Positions 37,638 to 49,580 of a DNA stretch of 64,000 nt are shown here, in pieces. The stretch spans positions 12,958,001 to 13,022,000 of the forward strand of contig CM060731.1 of NCBI GenBank assembly GCA_030704615.1, in the 5' to 3' direction. Source of the stretch: Takakia lepidozioides. Lineage: Eukaryota; Plantae; Bryophyta. The notes beneath the pieces are model-generated. The model had not been told where the DNA came from. It made no database searches and saw only the letters and a program-made list of their open reading frames with translations. The first letter of the stretch is position 1; the number at the start of each line of letters is the position of its first letter. The position numbers and the translations under genes are program-made.

Positions 37638-39374
37638 TAGACGAGGAGTTGCTACCACCTTCAGCTGCGTAGCCATAGGCATCGTCATCCCTTGTCCCTC
37701 TGTCATATCTATATCACTGCTCCCAGCCGGCAGAGACCAGTCAAAAGCCTGTAGCAATCGCGAGAGAGCTAACGTGACCATGCACTGCCCCAATGCCGAA
37801 CCAGGGCACCCTCGCCTGCCCTGACCGAATGGGAAAAATCGAAACTCTGCGTCTCTCAAATCCACACTTTTGCTGCCATCGATCCACCTCTCCGGGAGAA
37901 ATTCCTCGGCCCTCTCAAAGACTGCTGGGTTTCGGCCCAAGCCAAACACATTGATCAACACAGTGGTGTGCTTGGGTATATCGTAGCCAGCGATCTTGCA
38001 GGCCTCCATTGACATGCGGGGAATCAAGAAAGCACCAACTGGATGCAGGCGGAAGGTCTCTTTCAGCACTGCCTTGAGGTACTGGAACTGATGTATATCG
38101 GATTCGTCAACTACGCGCTCCCGCCCACAACAGTGATCAATTTCGTCTTGCACTTTACGCTGCACTTCTGGATGTCTCACAAGCTCCGCCAGCGTCCACT
38201 CCATAGTCACCGCCGAGGTGTCGGTGGCTGCAGCAATTATGTCCTGTTGGAGTTGCAAGAATGAAACGTTAACAACATTGGCAACTACCACACGAACCCA
38301 AAATATGTGATATGACTACCTATCTATGGGAAGAAGTCATGCTTTGCCAAATTCACGACTAACGTAAATGATGTCTTCCAAATTGCACTGGTTCCGATTA
38401 CAAGCCTCGTGAGTTGCACGTGAAGGGGTGATGGTTCATACGAAAAGCAAAGCCTGAGTTGTAGCGTCGCTTAAGTGCGGCTCTCCATTCTCCCCAGGCA
38501 GGGATAAGAGCACGTCCACGAAGTCATGACAATCCTCAGTCTCCTTCCTACCCTTCTGGCGGTGGTCTCGAAAGACTGCGCCAAGCCCTTTCGTCATCTT
38601 CTTTTGTAATTGTTTCATTCGGCGCACGAAGCCTTGACAGTCCAAGGGTCGTAACAAGGGAACGTAATCCCCTATGTTAAATACGCCCAGAAGGAAAAAC
38701 GCTTCATGCAGCAACTCCATGAAGGCTGCAGTTTCCTCCATTGGCTGTGAGCCCTCCCCAAAGTACCTCACGCCAAACAGCATCCGTGTTGTGATATTCG
38801 TTACATAAATTTCAAAATTCTCCCTCATTACTATTCCATCCCCCTGCTTGCAAGCCTGGAAGACCGTCTGGACCATGTATTGAGCTTCTTCAGACCTCTC
38901 TTTCCGGTAGCGCTCAATACGGTTGGGTGCGAGCAACTCCTGGACACAAATTTTTCGCATATTACGCCAGTGGGCGCCATATGGGCTCAAAGCCATGCCC
39001 GCACCATTGCCGCCAATGTACTCAGATTGTGCCATGTTTGGTCTTGAACAGAATATATGGTCTTGATCTTTGAGAAACTCTCTAGCAATTTCAGGACAAC
39101 TGGTAACAGCTGTGGGCACAGAACCAAGACGAAGGAAGACGAGAGGTCCATATTGTTTGGTGAACTCCACCATGCGTCGGTGGGGGTACTCACCCATCTG
39201 AAGTAAGTTCCCCAGTACAGGCCATGGTCGAGGCCCCGGGGGAAGCTTTAGAGATCTCCGTAAGAAACGACGTAAAACCACTACAACCAGCAAAGTCGCT
39301 AGCACTGACTGCAGAGGTGCGACCCACTCCCTCGAAACGCTGAGTCCTGCAAACTGAAAGAGAGAAGAACCCAT
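37632..39374 (-). CDS. CYP703-like: Cytochrome P450, CYP703-like (copy 2); exons 39374-38442 and 38243-37632, 514 aa, stop codon supplied by the MITE
   Basis: Close paralog of copy 1; DIIAAATDTSAVT, ETFR, PERW, FGQGRRGCPG; same intron position; original tail PLHLY* stranded at 37107-37124. Confidence 0.9.
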
Positions 39375-39401
39375 GTCCAGCTGGTTTGCACCACCTTTTT
39401 T

Positions 39402-39480
39402 GGAGAGAGAGAGAGAGAGAGACAGAAAGATTTACAGAGCGAGCGTGCGAGAGCGAGAGAGAGAGAGAGAGATATATAGA
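39402..39480. repeat. (GA)n microsatellites immediately upstream of P450 copy 2
   Basis: Two GA runs, seen directly. Confidence 0.9.
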
Positions 39481-41101
39481 GGTCACAGACAGGTGAACAC
39501 TCACTGCTCTGTTACCTTTTATTATTACTTGTACACTCACAGGATTGCGCAGGAGCAGTCTGCTCAGCAGATACTTACTCTCCAGCTGGTAGCTGATCTG
39601 CATTCACTGAACCTCAAGTGTTTCAGGATGCTACCCCCCTTCAGGGAGGCAGTTGTATCCTGATTGTAGCCAATGAACCTAATAAGTGTTTCTGTCAATA
39701 CTTATTAGGTGCCCCCTTCAATGGCACCTTCTCATCTGTACCCAATCTGCACTTCTCACCTGTGAGGAATGTAATTTCATAAATGTATTTGCAATGGAAA
39801 ATAAGACACACAGGTATATATATATATATAGAAAAAGAGGATAGAGGTTTAAATTTATATATATATATATGTATAATTAGTTTTGAAATAACCCATTATA
39901 ATTATGCTTTTCATTCCTTGATGGGCGATAATTGTGGGGCCCTTTTGTGGGCTTTAGCAGCTTTTCCGCTCTGTTATTCAAATGGGTAGGTCAGGAAAAT
40001 AAATTCTAAGAACAACTGTAGTGATTACTGGTACCCGTGGGCAGGGATAAGATTCCCTGCCGAGCATAGCAAGCCTTCAAAATTCAGTGGCTACGATCTC
40101 AACTGCAATGCTGTACAACTTCATCCCTCCAGTGGCACGACATGGTAGCCATCAAAGTTGCTGTGACGTATGCATTACATGGCATGATACCAGTGACAAT
40201 AACTCATAGTGTATGACGAGCAGATCCACATTTTTTTCGTAGAAGTCCTGTGTAGAAGTTCTAACTTTGTTGTTTATTGCTGTGAAACCAGGGGTTGCAA
40301 AATTATTGAGGTGAAGAAAGCAATGCCAAAAATTTTCAGTATCAGCTCGGACAAATTGCTCAATAAAGTTGGTGAGTGCCGTTCAATCATCCTGATAAGG
40401 TGCTGCATACTTGAAAGCTTTCAAATGGAATGTTATATGCTGGCTTTTTGGAAGGGCTTCTTGATTTCGTTGATCAGTGTGTGGGTTCTCTCGCCCTGAA
40501 GAGGGTGGGAATGAATATGTGATCAGCCCTTTTAAAATTTGCAGCTGTTAGTATATCAGTAGTTGCATAGTCAGGGCTACCTAAATTGCACTTGTGGGGA
40601 TGAGAGAGCACTAAGAAGGAGGTGGGATCTGTAGGGACAATATGTCACAGACACGAGGAGGCAGCAATAACATGATGTGCTGGAAGACCTCACCTGGGAG
40701 CTTGCCCCATAACCCATCCACCGGAGCTTGATCCATTATCTGAAGATGAGGCGAATTGGAGTGAAATGTCTCAAAATAACCTTACATGGGTACCATACAG
40801 TTTCTTGTTACCATTCTGTCTTTATGTGATTGACAGGACTTCTGTATGTAGGGAAGATCAATCCAGAACTCCTGCGGTACCTGTAAAATTACAAATGCAC
40901 AAATTTATAGTAACAATAGTAACAATAAAGTGATCAACATATAGTGTTGCAGTAAAGCCGACGATGCACTCAGGGCAAGGAATTATGACACTGGTCCACA
41001 ACACGTTACCGTGCACTCTTATGTTCACTCTTTATTCGTGTAACTAGTAACAAGACAATCTGACTCGAAGTATACTGAAACTAAAATGCCTCTACTTATT
41101 T

Positions 41102-42322
41102 TTGTTACAATTTCCTTCGCATAAGTACTGTGAACCAGCAAACATACAAGTCAGAGAGCGCACTCTGTCTAGACTGCCTCCTCGTGTGGTTGGTAGATGC
41201 AGCATGGTGTGCAAGAGATGGAACACACTCATCGGAGCGACAGCAAAGACATTCCATCAGATGAGTAGGAAGAATTTCAAAAAAATATCAATCAATGTCG
41301 TCACACGCAATGCTTTCCATACCACCTATGTTGTATCACAAGACTGGACCATGTTGGACTTTGAGACAGGGGAACCGCACACTCTCACGGATACGTTCCT
41401 AGAGAGCCTTGAGGGCATGCAAGGCTTTCGCGAGCGGAGGACAGTAGCTGCTGGGGGCAGTCTCATATGTGTGCTATATATGGGGTCGCCAGCCGGTCAA
41501 GGCAGTGTCATGGTAGTTTGCAATCCTGTTGCCAAGACAATGAGAAAACTCCCACCCTTAAATGTTTACAGCTGCTATGGCCAAGTCAATCCAGCTGTGG
41601 TAATTGTGGTGGATAACAAAACCCGGACCTACAAGATATTTGTCATAAATGATTTCAACAAGCACCAACCTGCCTTGCCTCGACTGCATGTGTATGACTC
41701 AGCCACTCGCATGTGGCGCAGCCGATGCAATCCACCAGAACATACCACTAAGCATTCTAGCCACAATATGAGACGCCTTGTCAACAAGGTTGAGCCGATG
41801 TACTTGCAACCCCCTCTCCCCGTTTCGAGATTTATCCCTGGCTGCCACCATGAAGACGACGAGCCACAACTAGTTGAGGAATTTGGAGATTCCCAGGCAT
41901 GCGCACACCCACCTCGTTCCACTTGTCCTCCTGAATGTTGTATGCTACAAGCAAGTGGCCCATGTCATTCCCCAAATAAAATAGAGTGTAGAGCAATCCT
42001 CCATAACTGATGGTTGAGCTCGATGAAATACAGTCTGGTCGATGTAGATGCTGAAAATGATGGGCCTTGGAGTACAGTGAACCGCAACATAGGGTGCAAC
42101 CCAAAAATTGTTGCAGTCGGCAATAAGAGGAGCGTTTACATCAGGATATCACCTATGGATCCAATTTGGTATGATGTGGAATTTTCAAAAGGTAGCTGGG
42201 GCATGGTGGAGTGGGGCTACCCGCGGTCGGAGGAACCATGGCCCCCAAACTGGTTACTAACCAGACGCCAAAGAGGGTGGTATGGAAGTCAAATGAGCCT
42301 CAGCTTCAGTACTCTTCTGTGA
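41102..42322 (+). pseudogene. F-box/kelch-like beta-propeller gene disrupted by an internal inversion (~41738-42023)
   Basis: F-box ERTLSRLPPRVVGRCSMVCKRWNTLI; MVVCNPVAKTMRKLPPL; VYDSATRMW; the middle portion reads on the minus strand; true start uncertain. Confidence 0.8.
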
Positions 42323-43984
42323 ATTTGGTTGGCAATCCTGCATGCTTAGATGACCAAAGTTCAAATATCTTTGCAACCACATGAGTCCATTTAAGTTTCA
42401 TCAGTTTATATGATGCCAGCTGATCAAGTTTTGGTGTACTTTTGAAGCGTGGATGCATCCAGAGCTTCAATTTTTGAACCGTATGTACATTGAAGTGCTC
42501 AGAAGTTCAGGACTCATTTTTCATGCAACCATCGTCTCCAGCAACAACGTAGGTCGTTACTTGGGATTTGTTGAAGAAACTACTGTGAGCTTTAATGGTC
42601 AAGACTGGAACAACGTATCGCCTAGAGGCTCACACAGTTTTGACTTGATTCTGAAAGCTGTATCTGCCTATTGGTGGCATCTCTCTCAGCTCTTTCTCTT
42701 TTGTACAACATGTGATGGTTAGTTTAAGGAAGTAGATTCAATCCTTGCTGCTTGTTGACGTTCAGTGTAAATGCTCTCTAACACAAGTTTACTATGCTGA
42801 GCTTTAAAGTGTTTTCCTGATGAACCTCCATGAGGCATTTACTTACCGAATGTATGCTAGTACAGTGTGCAGTGTGCTAGACCTGCCTGTTGCCGATCAG
42901 CCATCAAATTTGATACAATCTGCCAAAGATGAGACTTCCCACCCCGTAAAGTCGCTGCAGCCATCAGTGGGGCCAGCCACACTGTAGTGAGGGAAGCTGA
43001 ATTCTTCTTTCCGAAAAGTTGTTGTAAGCTAAGGTCGAAGGGCCTCCCATATAGTGAGCACTAAGTCATTCATGGATCCCTTTGAAGTGGACAAGTCAAA
43101 GACGTAGAGGTGCAGAGCAGCAGGCTGGCGTTGAAATTCTTTTAATGTAGAGAGTTGAATGGGCGACTTGAGATCACAGCCAACTTATTTCTGCAGGTGC
43201 CAGCCTCGTTTTGGTTATGAGTTGGCTCTGAATGAGGACCTGGGATAAAGCAATAAGCCATTGAGAGATCATGAAGCTTAGTACGTATCAGTTCTAGCAT
43301 TCACACAGACTCTTGAAAATGACATCAGCAGCAGCATATGTGTAGGAATCATGTCGGTTGCAAGGTCCTTAGCCACTAGGTGGAAAGTGGGTCTGCGGAT
43401 ATGGCATGTCTAGAGAGTTGATAAGTTACCAGCGTATACAAGAAAGAAGAAGCTAAATACCGAAGTGCAGGCATTTGGGTTACATTGAGCAAGTCCAAGA
43501 CTTCACAACTCATACCGCTTAGGTGTGTAGTTATCAGTTCAGTGAGGCATATTGTGACATTTCTTGGATATTTTCTACCCTTAGTCCAAACTCCACACTT
43601 GACGGCAAATGTAATGATCATGTAGAGGTGACCAACGGTGGGCTTTGACATGACAGCTACATGAATGTTTTTCCTATGTACACGTTCTCCAACAACCCTC
43701 TTAGCTGGAATTGCCGCTTCCATTTACTTCATCTCCTCTTCTGTAAAGCACTGTCCCCGCCCTACACTGAACCCAGCACGCCAACGGAATACAGCGGTAT
43801 ACAGGAATTTTAGAAGAAATATTCCCAAAGGATACTAGAATTGATTGAAATATTCGTTACGGACGGAAGGCATCAATGTTCCCAACTCAGGGTAGTGGAG
43901 GGGAGGGGAGGGGAGGGGAGGGGTGGGGTGCGGTGAGGTGGGGAGGGACGGGAGGGGGCGAGGGGAGGGGAGGGGAGATCAGCG

Positions 43985-44679
43985 ATGGCCAAGTCGTGCA
44001 AGGGCCTTGCTCTGGAGCTCGTAAAGTGTCTCAGTGAGTCCCATTGCATGAAGGTATACACGTCTGATCCTTACCCGCTGCATTTGTTTTCATAGGCATT
44101 TTCCAGTTTCAGTCACATTGCATTCATCAGAGCCCTAAACCCTGGATGTTTGATTTCCTTTCGGATCCCACCCTCTTTTCTTCCCCAATTCTGTTTCTTT
44201 GAGAGAAATTATAGTTCTCGCCGCGTTAGAGCGCGTTGGCAAAGAGACTTTTTGGTAGGGACAACGTTTTCGTTAGACAATTGAGCTACAGACAGGGACG
44301 AATCATGAAGAGATGGACAATTGCAAACACAGGAGGAGAAGCGTTCCTACAAGGACTGTGCAGGAGGGAAGAGTCCATCGGTTCCTTCTGAATGCGTGGG
44401 CTTACGGGAGACCTACTTTCAGTGCAAGCGTGGCCAGGTTTCCTTCATGTTTGTTGAATCTCGTAAAATGTCTCTTACGAAACGAGGAATATTTGGTCAA
44501 CTACTACGGGTTGCATTGCATTAAATTCCTTGACAAAACTGAAAGAGAATTCATTTCACCTCTGATCAGAGACCAACAACTGAAGGTGTTATAAGCAGAA
44601 CCTTTCTCAGAGGATTTTCAGGGTGGCTGTGGGACAGGTGGATATGACGAAGCGAATTCGAGGAAACAAGGGCTACTGA
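43985..44679 (+). CDS. COA5: Cytochrome c oxidase assembly factor 5 (COA5/PET191), 71 aa; exons 43985-44053, 44333-44437, 44638-44679
   Basis: Spliced product MAKSCKGLALELVKCLSESHCMK-EEKRSYKDCAGGKSPSVPSECVGLRETYFQCKRGQ-VDMTKRIRGNKGY*; Cx9C pattern and conserved RGNKGY end; phase-0 GT-AG introns. Confidence 0.93.
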
Positions 44680-44789
44680 CCATCAGTGGAGATCCTCTGT
44701 TCATGATGCTGTGAGTTTGGAAGGTGTACCTATTGTAGCGCGACTTGTAGTATAGTGGTGATTGGACAGGAACTTCAGAGACTGTGGCC

Positions 44790-47700
44790 ATGGGGGATGT
44801 CTTGCCAAACTCGGCGATTCTCAATCACATCCAAGCTCTCGTCTGTGATGCCCTGCAAGTGGTATGCATTCAAGATCTCTGCCTCCCTGTTTGGGTCAGC
44901 ATTATGTTTTCTCATAGATATGACCTTGAAGTCAACAATCAGGCTTCAACTACACGGGATGATGCTGTGACATTTTGGGCTCAGTCATCCACAGTTAAAA
45001 CCATATGACCGGCTGGGGAGGGCTAGGAGACTGTGGGAACTATGCTCTCGCATGGTCTTTCCTTCCTGAGGTCACAGGAATAGTTAATGGGTTCTCATGG
45101 TCAGCTTCTTTGCTTGCCTTCTTCAGAACTCTTTAAGTTTGATATCTTGGAAGCTCTACTAAGCCATGGACTGTGGGCTGGAGGGAGCTTATGATGGTGG
45201 GCTTTCAGTCTTATGATGGGACTTTCTGCAGTAAATGTTCTTTTTAATGTGTGAGATAAAAGAGGTTTAATTGATAGAGGTAGGCCACAGTAGAGAACTG
45301 GTATTGCATGGGCTGATGGTGTCAATGTGGAGGGGGATGTGCAGGTTTCCTACAAGTGGCTGAGCCGAAAGTTCTCGGTTTCATCAAATGCAGCGAAGAG
45401 GTAGCCTCTTATCCATACCTTATTGGATGTCATATAAAAATCCATGTGGTTCTCAGGCAATAGTCCCACATCCTGCACAAGTTTCTGGCTGCTAATCTTG
45501 TAGCTGAATGTCGTTTTTTGTAGATCGTTGTCCGAGGTTGATGTCTGTGTGGGTGGGATAGGGTTCTACAGGAGTTTGTGGAACAGAATGATGGAGAAAA
45601 AATAGAGGTCGTGTATGCAGTGTCAGGGTGGACCAAGACTGAGCCCCGTAATTACTCAGTTCAATTGGTTCTCAAGGCCAAACTACAAGGTGCTAAGCTG
45701 GTATTTTGTCTCTGAAAGTCCCTTGATCATCCTGGTGTGGTTGGATCTGCTACCTTATGAATGTCTGTATGTAGGTGGAGACTTGCAACCTATGGACTTT
45801 ACTTTCTCTCTTTCTTCCCTCCTTTAGTTGCTTTTGGGCTGCTTTTTGCTCACTCTTTGTGTGGTTTCTTTTACTCATTCTTGTTTCTTGTTTATTTCCT
45901 TCCTTTGCCTGGTGAAACTTAGCAATGCGAAAAATACAGATAAAAGAGTTGAATGTTCCCTGTCTGCACAGAATGTAGCGGAGCATGCAAAATAGGTATT
46001 TATTTGTTTGAAAAGGAACTTTGACTTCCTCATCAAGAGCGGAGAAAGAAATTGGGGGGAGAATTCATTTTCTTGTGTGTTGACTGTGGCAGAGGCAAGA
46101 CAAGTGTTGGATGGGACACCATCATACCATGTGTACAGTGTGCAGCCATGTCTGCCCAAGGATTCTGCACAGCTTTGCATGGCTGACTTGGTGCAAGCAC
46201 AGGAGCTCTTTAACCAGCCCCCAGAGGTTGCCAATTGTCTTCGTGACAATCGGTAAGACTAGAAACTCCTTTTCAGATCTTTGTGGATTGTGTCTGTCTG
46301 TAGGTGCTACAGTAGGGTCCGTCAAATACGTTCGGACTGTTTGAGATCCATTGATCACCCTCTTTTCAGAGCCGATTCACTGACCTTGATGTTATATGTA
46401 ATGATGTGGGCATGGCACCTTCCCCTGGGCTCTATCAATGTGGGGTTACTTCAATGAGTTGAACTAGTGTGGGAACTTTAGTGCCATTATGGTCAACAGA
46501 AACGTGTCATCCCAGCTTGCTCTATTGATGTCAGAGCTTTACCTGGCGAATGTGTCAAGTTGACCCCTAAACCGGTAACTGCTGCTTGAAATAGATGATC
46601 AAGCTAATTTCTGCTGCATGTTCTTGTGCGTATCTGGTGTGCAGGTTCAGTGCGGTGTCATGCTCACTCGTGACAAGAAGCTTTGGAGGAAAGAAGTCAG
46701 CTCATCCCAGCCAGATACCACCCCCTTCCACAAGCAATCCTCAAAGAAGTGTTCCCCCTGTTCCAAAAGCTTTGACAGTATCAAAGGCTGTCAGGACAGA
46801 CTCTCTTGAGGACTCCACAGTAACTTGCAAAATACCCCCAAGCAGTTCGGCTGAGGTCAAGGAGATAGGCAGAGGGAAAAGCTCAAACATTACAGCTGCT
46901 GCTGGAAATGTTTCTGTGGAAAAGGGGAAAGCAGTGGCAAGAGGAGATAGTCGCAAGATCCCTCCAACTTTGGGGAATGCAGAAGGGAGGGCAGAGGTCA
47001 AGGAGGTAGGTGCAAAGAAAAGCTCCAGCATTTCAGGGGCAGCTGCAAAAGGTGCTGGTGGACATGTGGCCGCAGGAATGGGGAAAATGGCAGCAAGTGG
47101 AGGGGGTTCTTTGGCAAGTCTCTGGGGACGAGCATCCAACAAACCCAAGCCCTCTGATCCAAAGGCTTCGGATTCAAAAGCTGCAAAGCTCTCTTTGCCC
47201 AACTCGAATGCCGGTACCCTACTGATATATTATATTCCATCTGCAGTTTCAATACTAAGTATTATGTTGAGAATTTTCAAGGTCATGCATACATTGGAGG
47301 CTACACATTCCCAATAGCGAGTGTTTGTTTCTAGATTGTTTTTTGGTGTTACATAGATGGAGATGAATGTTTTGACTACAGTTGCGGTCCCATTATACTA
47401 TCAGGACTGTCAAATGGAAGGACCTAGTCTTTTTCTTATTGGAGGGTGTATGCTCTCAGGAACCATCCAAAATCACCAAAGAAGACCGATTTGGTCTCAG
47501 CAATCTGCAGTACCCTCAAGAAGTCATCTCCTTATCATACATAGTCATCCAGGGTGATTCAACTTGGAAAACGCCTGACTGATTGCCTCCATGGATAAAC
47601 CAGAACTAGTTCCTGAGATAATATATGTCTTGCTTGCAGCCGATGCTGAGGCTGGGATTCGAGCTATGGAGACCAATGGGAGTGAAGCAAGCAGTGATGA

Positions 47701-49382
47701 TGATGCCGCTGACTTTGCCCAGATCCGCCGGGGCCACGTGAAGACAAGCACAGGTAGGAAGCGACAGTTGATCATCGATGAGGAAGACGAGGGCAGGAGT
47801 GGTGATGGTTGTGGGGGCCTGGCTGCTGAGGAGATTGTGAACTTGGCCTCTCCAGAACCTCTGGCGGATGTGTCAGCAGAGATTTCTTTAAGGAGGGCCT
47901 CCGAAAATGTCACGATGCCTGCTAGCAGGATTCCGAGGACTAAGGAGAGTGATAATGAGCAGAAGGGGATGGATGTGAATTTTAGTACATCCTCAGTGGG
48001 TGACGAAGAGTTGAATCGCGAGTCTCCAATGAATCAAGCTGCAGACACATTGGAGCATGCTTCTGGTCAGTCAGTGGAGAAAGTGAGTGGGGTGAAGAGG
48101 GAAGGGGAAGATGGACCAGGGTTTGTAACCAATGAGAAAGCTTCATCATCATTGGGTGGCCCAAAAAGGAAGAAAGTGCTCAAATCACGAATTGACGATC
48201 ACGGCCGAGAAGGTACTGGGAGAGAATTTCTTTTAGTGGGGAAGCTTTCCTCTCATAGATTGATACAGGTCAAGAGGCATGGTTTTTATCCTTGTGTTGG
48301 ACCTGTGTGCCATACCCAGAGATATGAGAGTGCATTTTTGCCCATATCATGTTCCTGATATTGGGAAAGAGGATGTGGATTCATTGTAGTATCAAGGATA
48401 TGCTGGTTGCTAAGGCTCAAGGTCTCAAGGGACAGTCAAGGTGGACTGCAGCATACTAGCGCATACTGATGGAGGTCTTAGTGTCCAGTTGGAAGTCACT
48501 GGCTGTCTTAGGAACCTCTTGATTTTTATGTGCTGAACTGGATATTCTTCTTGTTTTAAGTTGTTAGTTTATTGCCCTGAAAATTTGGTGATTGATCAAG
48601 TTTAGCCAGAGCTTCTCTGTGATGTTCACATAGTTTGTAGCAGCATTTTGACAACAAAGGCAAAGGAATGACTAATGACTAATGAAACTTGTTTCTGCTC
48701 AGTGATGGAAGTGGTCTGGGAGACCGATGGAGTAGAAGAAAAGGAGAAACAGGGTCTACGGTTAGCAGCCCAACCTGCAGCGCCTCCTGTTGTACATGCA
48801 AAACATGTGGCAGACAAGTGAGATTGCTTCCCCACTCTCTCACACTATGTTCTTTTCTGCTCCTTCCACACTGTGCGCACGAGTTTATGCCACAAGGCTG
48901 TGACTAGTCTAATGAGTACTTCCCTTCTTCTCACACAGACCCATTTCTGCTCCATCCAAACTTGGTTGAGGGCCTGTGGTGACCCTACAACACACTAACT
49001 GGTATCCATGGCCACAAAAACAGGGACATTCATTCTATGAGGATATTCTCAAACTTAAGTCTAAGGCAGTAGGGACAGCGTCTGTCATGCGAAAGCATTT
49101 GCAGGGTAAATTCTATGTTACTCACACATATGCCCCTCTTGTTCTTCCTCTTGTTGTCCTGTTCTGTGAATAGGATGCTCAGGTTTAGCATTATGGCGAC
49201 TAGATTCTGATGAATGTTTTTCTGTTATCCATGTTGTTGGTGCCAGGCCTGCTGCATCAGATACCAAGGTTCCCAATATACAGAAGGGACCTTCCACCAA
49301 GGCTCCTAGCAAGTCTGCCGGGAAGGCTGCAGGAAAAGGGCCGCAGAAAGGGAATTTGTTTGCTTTCTTCAAGAAGGTGTAG
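44790..49382 (+). CDS. POLD3: DNA polymerase delta subunit 3 (POLD3/Cdc27), ~602 aa; exons 44790-44861, 45345-45400, 45562-45689, 46093-46252, 46645-47213, 47640-48212, 48703-48817, 49247-49382
   Basis: VSYKWLSRKFSVSSNAAKR..VVYAVSGW; HVYSVQPCLPKD; KRKKVLKSRIDDHGREVMEVVWE; C-terminal PIP box QKGNLFAFFKK; all introns GT-AG and phase-consistent (1809 nt total). Confidence 0.92.
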
Positions 49383-49494
49383 TGTGGAACTTCGAATTTT
49401 GACAGTTCGGAAAACTTCTTTCCATCCAGCTAGAGGCATTTGACCTCTCTCTCAAATGTGAGCTTCTCCAATTACTCCCTTTATCTGTGCAAGT

Positions 49495-49580
49495 CCTCCC
49501 TGAGACCATCTTAAAAATGTGAACCTAAACTTGGCCTCCCTGAGACCATCTTAAAAATGTGAACCTAAACTTGGCCTCCC
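49495..49580. repeat. Perfect 40-bp tandem duplication downstream of POLD3
   Basis: cctccctgagaccatcttaaaaatgtgaacctaaacttgg x2. Confidence 0.92.

Noticed and set aside
46741-47202. 153-aa minus-strand ORF (and similar antisense ORFs over the P450s)
   Set aside because: Antisense shadow of real coding exons.
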